A stretch of 64,000 nucleotides of DNA from Candidatus Hydrogenedentota bacterium (lineage in GTDB: Bacteria > Hydrogenedentota > Hydrogenedentia > Hydrogenedentales > GCA-2746185): positions 1 to 64,000 of the forward strand of contig JAYGCN010000011.1 in the NCBI GenBank assembly GCA_046583315.1. Direction: 5' to 3'. A program made the position numbers and the translations under genes. The notes under the pieces are model-generated. The model had not been told where the DNA came from and did no database searches. It worked only from the letters and a program-made list of their open reading frames with translations. Positions 40,367 through 50,948 of the stretch are shown one piece after another. Positions within the stretch are counted from its first letter, which is position 1, and the number at the start of each line of letters is the position of its first letter.

Positions 40367-41338
40367 TCAGCCCTTCACCGGCGAAACGATTCGTTCAAAA
40401 TGTTTGCCCTGATAACTCTCCCGCGCCTCCAGCTCCCAATCAATCGCGTTCAACACTTCCCATTTTTTCAGCGACCACTCCGGCCCGATCAACAATTTCG
40501 GCGGCCCATCCCCGGTCAACCGATGAATAATCATCTCCGGCGGCAACACCTCCAGCTGATCACACACCGTGCGAATGTATTCATCCTTCTCCATCAGCGT
40601 CAGCAAGCCATCTTCATACTGCTTCACCATCGCCGTATTCTTCAGCAGATGCAAGAGATGAATCTTGATGCCCTGCACGTCATGCTCAGCCACCACCCGC
40701 GCCGTCTCCATCATCATGTCATGCGTTTCCAGCGGCAAGCCATCAATAATATGCACGCACGTCCGAATTCCGTGTTTGCGAAGTTTATCCACGCCGTCAC
40801 TAAAACATTCCAGGTCATGCGCGCGATTAATCAGGTCCGAAGTCTTCTGATGCACCGTCTGCAAGCCCAACTCCACCCACAAATGCGTGCGCTCATTCAG
40901 TTCCGCGAGGTACTCCACCACATCCTCCGGCAAACAATCCGGACGCGTCGCAATCGCAAGCCCCACCACATCGTCCTGCTCCAGAATCACCTCAAACTTC
41001 TCACGCAACTCCGCCACCGGCGCATACGTATTCGAAAAGGCCTGAAAATAACCCAGATACTTGCCCTTCGGCCACTTCTTATGCATCCGCGCCTTCACAT
41101 TCGCGAACTGCGCAGCCAGGTCATCCCGACGATGTCCCGCGAAATCCCCAGAACCCCGCTGCGAACAAAACGTACACCCACGCGCCGCCACCGACCCATC
41201 CCGATTCGGACACGTGAACCCCCCGTCAATCGCCACCTTAAACACCTTCTCCCCAAACTCAGAACGAAGATGATGATTCCAAGTCCGATAAAGCTTCGGA
41301 CCAAAATCAGAATATGCAGAAGTATCAGGAACAGACAT
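40367..41338 (-). CDS. TIGR01212 (YhcC/YtqA-like) radical SAM protein
   Basis: FTCPNRDG..GCTFC, YFQAFSNTY, ATRPDC, ELGLQT, IHRLTGD. Confidence 0.93.
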   Translation of the reverse strand: MSVPDTSAYSDFGPKLYRTWNHHLRSEFGEKVFKVAIDGGFTCPNRDGSVAARGCTFCSQRGSGDFAGHRRDDLAAQFANVKARMHKKWPKGKYLGYFQAFSNTYAPVAELREKFEVILEQDDVVGLAIATRPDCLPEDVVEYLAELNERTHLWVELGLQTVHQKTSDLINRAHDLECFSDGVDKLRKHGIRTCVHIIDGLPLETHDMMMETARVVAEHDVQGIKIHLLHLLKNTAMVKQYEDGLLTLMEKDEYIRTVCDQLEVLPPEMIIHRLTGDGPPKLLIGPEWSLKKWEVLNAIDWELEARESYQGKHFERIVSPVKG

Positions 41339-41367
41339 GGAATCACCAAAAGTAAAGGACCACAAAC

Positions 41368-41397
41368 CACAGATTAACACAGAGTTACACAGATTGA
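41368..41397 (+). repeat. Three 10-bp tandem repeats
   Basis: CACAGATTAA CACAGAGTTA CACAGATTGA. Confidence 0.55.
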
Positions 41398-41418
41398 GAA
41401 ACCAGCCACCCCACAACC

Positions 41419-41465
41419 CGTCATTGCGAGGAGGTGTGCCTCGCACATCGACGCGGCAATCTCGC
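41419..41465 (+). repeat. CGTC-type REP-like palindromic element
   Basis: CGTCATTGCGAGGAG..CGACGCGGCAATCTCG. Confidence 0.55.
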
Positions 41466-41573
41466 GCTGAACGACCACCAATGCTCCAGACATCGATCTT
41501 AGAAGGATACTATTGCTATAAGTGGCCTAGCTCCGGCAAAATACTTTATACCAAAAATGGAGGTTTACTAAGC

Positions 41574-42543
41574 TTGGGACTCACTAAAAAAGAAAATCAT
41601 CAGGGAGTGCTTTGTATAGGGCTGGATATTGCGTGGTTCGGTGGTTCGAAGAGTTCCCGGGATTCGCAATATGACTGCCTTGCATCCGCTCTAATTAAGG
41701 AGGATAACCCTTCACCGGCTCTCACGCTCACGCGAGTACGCTTGCTGAATCGAGACCCGGATGCTTCACCTATTCTTCAAGCTATCAAGACGCTACTAAG
41801 TAAGTCCGGGAGTGTGAAACATGTCGTTTTTGCCATAGATGCTCCGATTCAAGCGGTCGACCGCCCGTCACTACCACCGCGCGCTCCTCGGCTGGTGAAG
41901 GGGTGCGTACAGAGACGGGACTCCGATAAAGAACTGAGTAACAAGCGAAAGGCCATCGACAAGCTCGCTGGTGGTAGCAAGAACTGGCATCCCAACCCAA
42001 CCGGGGGCACCTCTCGCTCCGCGAGTGCAGACAATGTTAAACGGGCTAGAAACTCTTGATTTCAAGCGATGGACAGAATCGGATCGAGACCACGCGCGTC
42101 TTGCGTTGGAGTGTTTTCCCGCTGAAGCCATCTGGGCCATGAAGCGACTTGGGCAATACCCCGAAAATCTATCAGCATCTGAAGTAAAAGAGTACAAGAA
42201 ACAAAAAGGGAGTCGTATTTCCGCTTTGCAAGTGGAAATACTCGTGCACCGTGTTCTGGATGAGTTTTCTTCGTGTTCTGTTTACTGGGATAGCCTCGTC
42301 GAGCAGGCGGTGAAACAGATGCTCGCGAGCGAGACCTTCTGAGTTGGAGATCACTATCGTGGAGGTAAGCTCTTGGATGATGTCGTCGATAGCATGATAT
42401 GTCTCGCCACAGCATTTAGTTATATCTCTGGAAATTCGCACATATGGCAAGATCCGCATAATCCAGATGATGGGCATATTATTGGTCCAGGAATGCCCGA
42501 CGGCGACGACAAATGGACGACCACGTCATCCCGGCTCGGATAA
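41574..42543 (+). pseudogene. DUF429-like (RNase H-fold predicted nuclease) pseudogene
   Basis: IGLDIAW, AIDAP, ECFPAEA, DDVVDSMICLATA, DGHIIGP; frameshift near 41997 and in-frame TGA at 42340-42342; start uncertain. Confidence 0.65.
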
Positions 42544-42563
42544 GCTCCGTCCCGGCATTACTT

Positions 42564-43973
42564 CTACGCCAGAATATCGTGCAGGACTTCCCCGTGGACA
42601 TCGGTCAGGCGCATGTCTCGGCCGCTGTAGTAGTAGGTGAGGCGGGTGTGGTCGAAGCCGATCTGGTGGAGCATCGTCGCGTGAAGATCGTGGATTTCGA
42701 CTTTGTTTTCGACGACTTTGTAGCCGTATTCGTCCGTCGCGCCGTAGCTGTAGCCACCTTTCATGCCGCCGCCGGCCATCCACGTCGTGAAGCCGTAGGG
42801 GTTGTGGTCGCGACCGTTCGTTCCCTGCGCGAAAGGCGTGCGTCCGAATTCACCAGAGAATACAACCAGGGTTTCATCCAACATGCCGCGACTTTTCAGA
42901 TCTTTCAGTAACCCTGCGATCGGTTGGTCAACGGCTTTCGCGTTGTTCGTGTGATTTTCTTTAAGACCACCATGCGCATCCCAGCGATCCGAACCTTTGA
43001 TCGACGAGCAGGTCAGCTCCACAAAACGCACGCCTCGCTCAACCAGGCGTCGTGCCACCAAACACTGCATCGCGTAACTCTTGGTCTGCGGATACTCGTC
43101 GTTCAAACCGTACAACTCTTTCGTCGCGTCAGTCTCACCCGAAATATCCATCAACTCCGGCACAGCGGACTGCATCCGGTACGCCAACTCATAATTCTTG
43201 ACGGCACTTTCCAGCGCATCATGCTCACCCATACGCGCCATCACTTCATCGTCCAATGCTCCCAATAACGCGAGCTTATTCTTCTGCAACTCGGCGTTCG
43301 CTTCCAGCGGATTGATATTCGGCACTGCGGGATCCTGAGCTTGCATGACCGACCCCTGGAAACTCGCGGGCAGGAATCCCGATCCAAAATTGTCCACGCC
43401 ACCCGAAGGAATCAGCCCACCGTTCAGCACGACATACCCCGGAAGATTCTCCGACGCCGCCCCCAGCCCGTACGACGTCCACGCGCCCATGCTGGGACGA
43501 CCCGACAAGCCATGACCCGTATGCAAAAAATAATTCGCCTGATTGTGCTCAGAAAACTTCGAGGTCATGGAGTGGATAAAGGTGATGTCGTCCACGCACG
43601 AACCGATATGCGGAAACAGATCGCTGACCTGTTTCCCACATTCGCCATACCGCTTGAAATCCCAGAGGTTTCCCAGCGTGTTCCCGTTATTGTCAAACTG
43701 CGTCGGCTCCATTTTCATCTTGAACGGTGTGCCGTCTTCTTCACGAAGCCGGGGTTTCGGATCAAAGCTGTCCACATGCGACACGCCCCCGTCCATGTAC
43801 AGGAAAATGATGCTTTTCGCTTTTGGGGCATGGTGATAGGGCCCGGTGGCCCCGAAGGCTTTATCGCCCAGCAAACTCGACAGTGCAAGCCCGCCGAATC
43901 CCAGCGCACTGGTTTTCAGCATATCGCGCCGCGTCAATGGCATATCTCGAAATCGTCCGCAATGATGACTCAT
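42564..43973 (-). CDS. DUF1501 family Tat-exported protein
   Basis: TRRDML, MDGGVSHVDSFDPKP, GEFGRTP, GRDHNP. Confidence 0.93.
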   Translation of the reverse strand: MSHHCGRFRDMPLTRRDMLKTSALGFGGLALSSLLGDKAFGATGPYHHAPKAKSIIFLYMDGGVSHVDSFDPKPRLREEDGTPFKMKMEPTQFDNNGNTLGNLWDFKRYGECGKQVSDLFPHIGSCVDDITFIHSMTSKFSEHNQANYFLHTGHGLSGRPSMGAWTSYGLGAASENLPGYVVLNGGLIPSGGVDNFGSGFLPASFQGSVMQAQDPAVPNINPLEANAELQKNKLALLGALDDEVMARMGEHDALESAVKNYELAYRMQSAVPELMDISGETDATKELYGLNDEYPQTKSYAMQCLVARRLVERGVRFVELTCSSIKGSDRWDAHGGLKENHTNNAKAVDQPIAGLLKDLKSRGMLDETLVVFSGEFGRTPFAQGTNGRDHNPYGFTTWMAGGGMKGGYSYGATDEYGYKVVENKVEIHDLHATMLHQIGFDHTRLTYYYSGRDMRLTDVHGEVLHDILA

Positions 43974-44007
43974 TATTCAAACTCCATAACGACCTAGGGG
44001 CGACCCC

Positions 44008-47000
44008 TTAGCCAATGTAAATAAATTCCTTGGACATATACAGCACCTGACACAGATCTTTCCAGAGGTCGGTATTGTTCAAAACGTCATCTTCACTCAA
44101 TTGATACGCCTCGGCCTGTTGCGCCAAGAATTGATTCACAGTCGAAAGCTCGACATCGGAGGCTGCACGCCCGAACGCGCTCATGTAGGCTGTGTTCACA
44201 CGATCATTTATCGACGCTGGATGCGCCTCCATCAGCGATTTCGCCCACGCTTCGGCCTGCGCAACAATAAAGGGATCGTTCATCATAATGAGTGACTGTG
44301 CAGGCACGTTGGACACCGTGCGTTTGCCGATCGTGGTGTCCGGCAGCGGCATATCGAAGGCGAGCATCATCGGCGACAAAAAGTTTCGCTGCACACGCAT
44401 GTAGATCGAACGGCGCCGATCGGCATCCACCGGCCCAGATTCGCCGGGTCGACGGTGATTGGTCATAAAAGGATAGAGGTGCGCCGCGACGGAATTTCCG
44501 TACATGGTATCGTTGAGCTCGCCCGCAACGGCCAACACGGCATCGCGAATAATTTCCCCTTCGAGTCGACGCACATTTTGCCGATGAAGCAGGAAATTCG
44601 CGGGGTCCTTTTCTTCGGCAGCGGCATCGCTGAGGCCACTCGACATGGCGTAGGCTTCGGATGTAACGATGAGGCGAATCGTGTCCTTGATGGACCAGCC
44701 ATCGTCGCGGAATTGGGTCGCGAGATAGTCGAGCAACTCGGGATGCGTCGGTGTACGACCCAATACGCCGAAGTTGTCCACCGATTCGACGATGCCTCTG
44801 CCGAACAGATGGTGCCAGAGGCGATTGACCATGACCCGCGCGGTCAGGGGATTATTTTTGTCGAGGATCTGGTCTGCGAGTTGGAGTCTGCCTTCATTCA
44901 TTTCTTCGGGTTTGGGTGCGTTGCCGCCGAGGGCTTCGAGGAATCGTCCGGGTGTTGTGTCGCCGGGGGAAGTGTGATTTCCGCGTACGAATACGTGTGC
45001 GTCTTGGGAGTAGCCTTTGGCCATGGCGAGAACGATGATGGGTTCTGGTATTTCGGCAGCTTGATCGGCGATTTTACGTTTGATGTTGAGGTATTTTTTG
45101 TCGAACTTCTTTCGCCCGATAAGGTCTTTTTCGAGAAGGAAATTTAGGTATCCGGTGGTAAGTGTGTCGGTGGATTGATCTTTCCAGTTGGCGAATCCTT
45201 TTTTCGCCCAGTTGGCGTATGCGTTGATGAGGTCGTCGTAGTCTTCGATCGATCCACCGTTTTTTTCGAGTACTTGCTTCGTTTTGAGTGGGACGGCTTT
45301 TTGGTTTGTGAACCGAATTTCGTCTACGGCTATCCATCCGTCGCCATCATCGATGATTTCGATGTAGGCTTGTTTACCTTTGAATTTATGTAGGTTTGCG
45401 ATCTGGGTTTCCCAGGCGTAGGTGGAGTTGTTGTTGATGGTGGAGAGTGAACCGTTGAAGAGGAGTCCGTTGAATTCGCGGATCTGGTATTGGTTGATGA
45501 CGAGGCGCAATTTACCTTTTCGGCCTGCTGTACGGTATTGGAGTCCGTCGTGGGTGATGGTGAAGTTGGGTGATCGTAGTACGCCGCGAAGTTTGGCTGA
45601 GGTTCGTGCGCTGTGTACGACGCCTTCGGGGATGAGTGTTGTGCTGTTGGATGCTGTGGAGAATTCGGGTTGGGTGGTAGGGGCTTCTCCGAAGGCTTCT
45701 CCGGTGGCGGTCCAGTTTTCGAATGTGCCGTCGTTAAAGGTAGCGAAGACGACGGATTCGGGTTGTTCTTTGGCTTTGGGTATTGATTTTCCGGAGGCCA
45801 TGCGTGCCCATGGGTAGAAGGGGTGGTTTGGATTCGCTGTGCGTTTGTGTGCAAGGGCGTTGACCCAGCGTTTGGTTGTGTCGTAGTCGAGATTGCATTT
45901 TTTTGCGGTATCGATTATCTTTTGGTCGGGGATTTCGATTTTTTCTGCGCTGATATCGAAGTCTTCTCCGACGATTTCTTTGAGTGCGAGCAGGTAGTCT
46001 TTGATGTCGGGGGCGGACTTGGCGAGGGTTGGGACGGCTTTGTTGATGGTCTTGATGGCGTCGGCTTGCTGTTTAGCGAGGGTGTTGGATTTGGATTTTA
46101 TTTTGTCGAATTGATCGAGGAATGCGAATTGCTGGCGTGATGAGCGGATGTAGCTGGTCATGGAGTAGTAGTCTTTGGTGGAGATGGCGTCGAATTTGTG
46201 GTCGTGGCAGCGTGCACACGCGACGGTCATACCGAGGAAGGCTTTGCCAAGTACGTCGATTTGGTTATCGATGCGGTCGGCTTCATCTTTGACGACGTCC
46301 ACGGGCGCGTGGGTGGCCTGATGCATGAACCACCAGCCGGTACCGACTATCGATTCGTTAAATCCCTCTTCTTTGTTCATGCGCGGGTTGCCGAGCAAAT
46401 CGCCCGCAATCTGTTCGCGCACAAATTCGTCGTAGGGCAAATCCTGATTCAAGGCCCGGATGACATAGTCTCGATATTGCCACGCGTGCCGAATCGGATA
46501 GTCGCCTTCATGACCGTAGGTTTCCGCATAACGTGTGATGTCCAGCCAGTGACGACCCCAGCGTTCCCCGAATGCCGGATTCGCAAGCAACTTATCAACA
46601 ATGTTGGCGTAGGCATCGGACGAGGAATCGTTTGCGAAGGCTTCAACCGCCCCAGGTGTTGGCGGCAGTCCGATCAGATCAAAATGAATCCGGCGAATCA
46701 GCGTACGTTTTTCGGCACGCGATGCAGGATTGAGTCCCTCGGCTTCAAGTGCGGCCCGGACGAATCCGTCAACCGGGTTTTTGTTCCAGGCGGAATCGGA
46801 AACCTTGGGGACCGCCGGGCTGGTGATCGGTTGCCAGGCCCAGTGGGATTTCGCACGCCTTTCCAAATCAAACGTGTCTTTTTCGATGCTTTCAGCGGGA
46901 AGCGGTTCATCGGGCCACGGAGCGCCCATCGCGATCCAATTCGTGAGCTTGTCGATTTCCTCGTCGCTCAGTTTTTTCTTCGGCGGCATCTGAAAATCAG

Positions 47001-47295
47001 GATCAGACCAGTTGATGGCCTCAACGATGTTACTGTCCTCCGGTTTTCCGGCGACCAGTGCCGCACCGTATTCTCCACCGATGAGGATAGTCGTAATATG
47101 GTCGAGCCGCAGGTCGCTCTCTTGTTCTTCGGGACCATGACACTCGTAACAACGTTCGGCAAGAATCGGGCGAATGACGGTCTCGAAATACGCGATGTCT
47201 GCATCGGTGGCCGCGAGACTAACTGAAGAAAGGGACAAGGCCAGAAGACCCAGAAGAGACGGGATTCGGCACGGCCGAAGAAATACGCTAAACAC
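44008..47295 (-). CDS. Planctomycete cytochrome c / DUF1549 (PSCyt2) / DUF1553 (PSD1) protein
   Basis: CYECH, HWAWQP, GERWGRHWLD, CARCHDHKFD, ARVMVNRLW, PTHPELLDYLA; GTG start after GGAGG. Confidence 0.9.
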   Translation of the reverse strand: MFSVFLRPCRIPSLLGLLALSLSSVSLAATDADIAYFETVIRPILAERCYECHGPEEQESDLRLDHITTILIGGEYGAALVAGKPEDSNIVEAINWSDPDFQMPPKKKLSDEEIDKLTNWIAMGAPWPDEPLPAESIEKDTFDLERRAKSHWAWQPITSPAVPKVSDSAWNKNPVDGFVRAALEAEGLNPASRAEKRTLIRRIHFDLIGLPPTPGAVEAFANDSSSDAYANIVDKLLANPAFGERWGRHWLDITRYAETYGHEGDYPIRHAWQYRDYVIRALNQDLPYDEFVREQIAGDLLGNPRMNKEEGFNESIVGTGWWFMHQATHAPVDVVKDEADRIDNQIDVLGKAFLGMTVACARCHDHKFDAISTKDYYSMTSYIRSSRQQFAFLDQFDKIKSKSNTLAKQQADAIKTINKAVPTLAKSAPDIKDYLLALKEIVGEDFDISAEKIEIPDQKIIDTAKKCNLDYDTTKRWVNALAHKRTANPNHPFYPWARMASGKSIPKAKEQPESVVFATFNDGTFENWTATGEAFGEAPTTQPEFSTASNSTTLIPEGVVHSARTSAKLRGVLRSPNFTITHDGLQYRTAGRKGKLRLVINQYQIREFNGLLFNGSLSTINNNSTYAWETQIANLHKFKGKQAYIEIIDDGDGWIAVDEIRFTNQKAVPLKTKQVLEKNGGSIEDYDDLINAYANWAKKGFANWKDQSTDTLTTGYLNFLLEKDLIGRKKFDKKYLNIKRKIADQAAEIPEPIIVLAMAKGYSQDAHVFVRGNHTSPGDTTPGRFLEALGGNAPKPEEMNEGRLQLADQILDKNNPLTARVMVNRLWHHLFGRGIVESVDNFGVLGRTPTHPELLDYLATQFRDDGWSIKDTIRLIVTSEAYAMSSGLSDAAAEEKDPANFLLHRQNVRRLEGEIIRDAVLAVAGELNDTMYGNSVAAHLYPFMTNHRRPGESGPVDADRRRSIYMRVQRNFLSPMMLAFDMPLPDTTIGKRTVSNVPAQSLIMMNDPFIVAQAEAWAKSLMEAHPASINDRVNTAYMSAFGRAASDVELSTVNQFLAQQAEAYQLSEDDVLNNTDLWKDLCQVLYMSKEFIYIG

Positions 47296-47377
47296 GATGA
47301 CACCTCCAAAAAGAAACACAGGAATCGGGATAACTCCCGATTCCTGTGCGGAACTTATCGGCTGTATTGTATACGAC

Positions 47378-48322
47378 TTACTGCACAATCTCAAAGGTCG
47401 TGGACCATTTCTGATCGCCCCAGAACATGTCGAGATTCGCATTATCCCCGTCTTGCTCCATTTCAACACGATACGTTTCAGCGGGATCGCCTTCAACGGT
47501 TGAAACCGTCATGGGAACTTCATACTCATCGAATTCCGCATTGTGGCGCGAGCCCCAAATATCAGGTTGGCTGTTGAATACGAGGCTCCATCCGCCAGCA
47601 ACTTTCTTGAGCCACACGCTGTACACACCCGGATAATCCGGCGCGAAATTTTCTTTCTTGATGGTAGTGTCGCCGTGGGTCAAATCAAATTCGGTATAGA
47701 TTTTCATGGCACGGTGCAAGGTAAACTGAAAAATTTCGCCGTCTTTGGTGTTCTGCAACTGATCCCACTCCACGGAATCTCTTTCCAATCCAGAGAATGC
47801 CAAACGAACCGTCTTCTTACCCACGCGAATTTGCGCCTCGGTCGGTGCGCGGCGTTTGCCCTGCACCGAATCCAGTTCCACTTGAGTCAACGGTTCGCCT
47901 GTCAACGGAGATTCAAAGAAGCCACCCGGATTCTTGACGACTCCATAGATGACGTTCTCATCATCAAATTGAAGTTTCATATTGATCTCAACCTTGATAC
48001 TGCCCATAAACAGCAACTCGCCATCCAATTCAATGCCGTTTTCCGTTTTGGCCATTGAGGCAAAGGCGCGAGGCTCCGGGTTGCCCTCCATATCCAGGGT
48101 GGCGCCCAGTTTGCCTTCAACCTCGGCAATGTTGAGGAAGAGAATGAACTCACGATCCATGATTTCTGTGGTGACTTTCCAAAGCCCCACCCAATCCTCG
48201 ACACCGGAGACACTCAACTCGGTAGCGACAGGATCTTCGGCCTGCGCCTGGGGCGCAAAGGTTAATACGGTCACAGCCATGACCACGCACGCGAGACTAG
48301 AAATTGACTTGAATACTTTCAC
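47378..48322 (-). CDS. Secreted hypothetical protein (C-terminal half DUF2911-like)
   Basis: Signal peptide; GVYSVW..WSLVFNSQPDIWG. Confidence 0.65.
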   Translation of the reverse strand: MKVFKSISSLACVVMAVTVLTFAPQAQAEDPVATELSVSGVEDWVGLWKVTTEIMDREFILFLNIAEVEGKLGATLDMEGNPEPRAFASMAKTENGIELDGELLFMGSIKVEINMKLQFDDENVIYGVVKNPGGFFESPLTGEPLTQVELDSVQGKRRAPTEAQIRVGKKTVRLAFSGLERDSVEWDQLQNTKDGEIFQFTLHRAMKIYTEFDLTHGDTTIKKENFAPDYPGVYSVWLKKVAGGWSLVFNSQPDIWGSRHNAEFDEYEVPMTVSTVEGDPAETYRVEMEQDGDNANLDMFWGDQKWSTTFEIVQ

Positions 48323-48413
48323 GGGGTTGAACTCCTTTGATAGAACACCGCGCCCTTCCCAGATTGCTGCGCGACGCTCTTTTAACTACACTAAATCAGG
48401 ACGAAAAATCTAA

Positions 48414-48446
48414 ACGGGGGAATTCGGCCTGGCCGAATTCCCCCGT
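48414..48446. terminator. Perfect GC-rich hairpin, probable terminator
   Basis: ACGGGGGAATTCGGCC-T-GGCCGAATTCCCCCGT. Confidence 0.75.
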
Positions 48447-48473
48447 AAGGTTACACTAATTCAGACCCAATAA

Positions 48474-49760
48474 TCAGTCGCTCAGGTCAGGCTTGGCGTT
48501 GGAATAAGTATACCAACCAAGGTCCATTTCATCGGTCGTGGGTCCACCGAAGCTCACCGCACGACTCGAGTCAAAACCGACGCGCTCTGCGTTTTCAGGT
48601 GAGTTGTCATAGACCAACTCAACTTCAATACGTGTTCCTGCGGGAATGAGTTTGGGCTCTTTGTAGTAGTAATATTCCTGCCAGTTAAAGTCGTAGTTCG
48701 GCGTTTCCAGAAGTTCCTCAACGGTGCCATCAGGATAGTACGCCGTATACGTGCTGGCCACACCACGAAGGTGCGTATGCGGGAAGAGGTTCAACAGAAG
48801 AATATCTTCTTCGAAAGTCCTCGCGCCGCTGACAACCCAATTGTCCACGCCGGGCGGAATTTCGAATGCCCCGTGCGCTATGGTCGTAAAATTCATGCTG
48901 TGCCGAGGTGTTCCAGTGGCAAATTTCATCGCCATTGTGGAATCGTCATACACGCCCGTACCCGGACCCGCTTCCTTGTGGTAATGCATTGCGAAGGTAA
49001 TTTCAGAACCCTGTTTAATCGGGAATGCGAATCCTTCGGGATAGTAGCCAGCATCTGTACCGGGAGCCAGACCACCAAGCATCGTACGACCCCGCAGGCG
49101 TTCTTCTTCGCCCCCTTCAAGGTCTTCGTTTTCACCGATCTCCGTGATGTACTCAGCTTCAGGATCCGAAGCGTAGGCAATGATGTGGTGAACCACTTCG
49201 CTGCCAGGAATAAACTCAACGTTTGTGATGAATTTATCTTCGGGCATCATTTCGTCGGTAATCGTCACCGTTTCATTATAATAGAGATCCTGAACATCAT
49301 CTTTCACAAAGAAAGGTTCATTGAAATTAATCACCAAATCAGGCTCGCCCATGAAATACCCTTCACGGAATTCTATGGGAGCAGGCGCATCCGCAGGGTT
49401 TCCGCGTTTCGCGCCGGTCTTCACCCAGGCGACAACCGTTGCAATTTCTTCGGCGGTCAGCGTACGTTCATTGCTGAAGTGACCATTGAATTTTTCACCG
49501 GCATGCCAAGGTGGCATCGTCTTATTTTCAACAGCCTTCATAATCGCTTTGGCCCATGGACGCGTTTCCTGATAATCCATCAAGGACATCGGAGCAATCA
49601 TGCCAGACATATTGTCGCCACCGGGGCGGTGACAGGTCTGGCAGTTTTCCTGCAAGATGGGTAACACGTCTTTGGTAAACGTGACCTGTGCGGCCATCGC
49701 CGTCGTACTCACCATTAGACCGGCAAGCATCAGTGACACGCTGGTTTTTGTTGCCTTCAT
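48474..49760 (-). CDS. Secreted cytochrome c fused to a copper type II monooxygenase-like domain
   Basis: Signal peptide; CQTCH, MPPW, VHHII, MHYH, PHTHLRG, YDFNWQ, TDEM. Confidence 0.82.
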   Translation of the reverse strand: MKATKTSVSLMLAGLMVSTTAMAAQVTFTKDVLPILQENCQTCHRPGGDNMSGMIAPMSLMDYQETRPWAKAIMKAVENKTMPPWHAGEKFNGHFSNERTLTAEEIATVVAWVKTGAKRGNPADAPAPIEFREGYFMGEPDLVINFNEPFFVKDDVQDLYYNETVTITDEMMPEDKFITNVEFIPGSEVVHHIIAYASDPEAEYITEIGENEDLEGGEEERLRGRTMLGGLAPGTDAGYYPEGFAFPIKQGSEITFAMHYHKEAGPGTGVYDDSTMAMKFATGTPRHSMNFTTIAHGAFEIPPGVDNWVVSGARTFEEDILLLNLFPHTHLRGVASTYTAYYPDGTVEELLETPNYDFNWQEYYYYKEPKLIPAGTRIEVELVYDNSPENAERVGFDSSRAVSFGGPTTDEMDLGWYTYSNAKPDLSD

Positions 49761-50005
49761 TTTTAGATCTCCCTATTAAAGAGGTTTTCAGTAGCGGTCC
49801 ATGCGCGGAACCGTAAAGTGTTCAACCCACGCAACCCACCACATGTTCCACAAAAATAATAAGATGAAACAGAAACACGAGGAGCTACTCAGGTTTAGAG
49901 ATGATTATAGGGCTAGATATAGGAAATGACAAGGAAAAAATGCTATACTGCCGCCATTATTGTTAGAAGTGGTTTAGTTAAGACATTATGTATCGGAGCA
50001 GTGCC

Positions 50006-50944
50006 ATGAAGAAACGTGGATTTACCCTCATCGAATTGCTCGTCGTCATTGCCATTATCGGCATTTTGGCCTCAATTCTGCTCCCTGCCCTGTCAAGAGC
50101 ACGTGAAGCCGCCCGCAGAGCATCCTGCGCCAACAACATCAAACAACTCGCACTCTCCTTGAAAATGTACGCCGGAGAATCCAGAAAAGGCATGTATCCG
50201 CCTATACAAGGCGATCCCGAGTTCGGCACCGTTCTCGATGCCATGGGATGCGACCCGGATTCAATGCAGGACAACGCTGTATTCACCTTCAACACCCGCG
50301 CGATGTACGCGCAATATATGGATGAGCCGAACATTCTCCTGTGCCCCTCGGATTCAGGTATCTTGGACTCCGATAACCCGCTGCTCATCGTGGCGGACGA
50401 TGGATCGAATACGTGTGAATACGTCGGAAGAATCACCAATGCCGATGAAAGCTACAATTACCTCGGTTACGTGCTCGATAATTCTGAAGACAACGACAAC
50501 GTGGTCACGGCTCCATTTCCCGGTCCGGCGCAGTTGGTCGGCATGACGGTTTACCTTCTCATCAACGGAGTCATGGACGCTTCCACGCCCGATGAAGAGC
50601 TGGACACGATCAATTTCGCCGAAGACATGCTTATCTGGGGAATCGACTGGTCGGGCCTGGGCTACGGCAACGGTCGCACCGATAAACTGAATCGCTTACG
50701 CGAGGGGATATCCCGTTTCCTCATCACGGACATAAACAACCCGGCAGCATCCAACATACCCGAGAGCCAAATTCCTGTCATGTGGGATACCATCAGCCTC
50801 AACATCGCAGGAAGCGGGGTTGACTACAATCACGGCCCGGGCGGCTGCAATGTGCTGTACATGGATGGTCACGTCGGCTTCATCAAATACGAAGGAAAAT
50901 TCCCGGTGACCAAGGGATTCGCGGCGATGTCCAGCCAGTTCTAA
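50006..50944 (+). CDS. Prepilin-type N-methylation / DUF1559 protein
   Basis: [37 protein letters not shown]. Confidence 0.93.
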   Translation: MKKRGFTLIELLVVIAIIGILASILLPALSRAREAARRASCANNIKQLALSLKMYAGESRKGMYPPIQGDPEFGTVLDAMGCDPDSMQDNAVFTFNTRAMYAQYMDEPNILLCPSDSGILDSDNPLLIVADDGSNTCEYVGRITNADESYNYLGYVLDNSEDNDNVVTAPFPGPAQLVGMTVYLLINGVMDASTPDEELDTINFAEDMLIWGIDWSGLGYGNGRTDKLNRLREGISRFLITDINNPAASNIPESQIPVMWDTISLNIAGSGVDYNHGPGGCNVLYMDGHVGFIKYEGKFPVTKGFAAMSSQF

Positions 50945-50948
50945 GCGT

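Noticed and set aside
42340..42342. Selenocysteine at the TGA in the DUF429-like gene
   Set aside because: No redox-motif context, and the gene also has a frameshift, so decay is simpler
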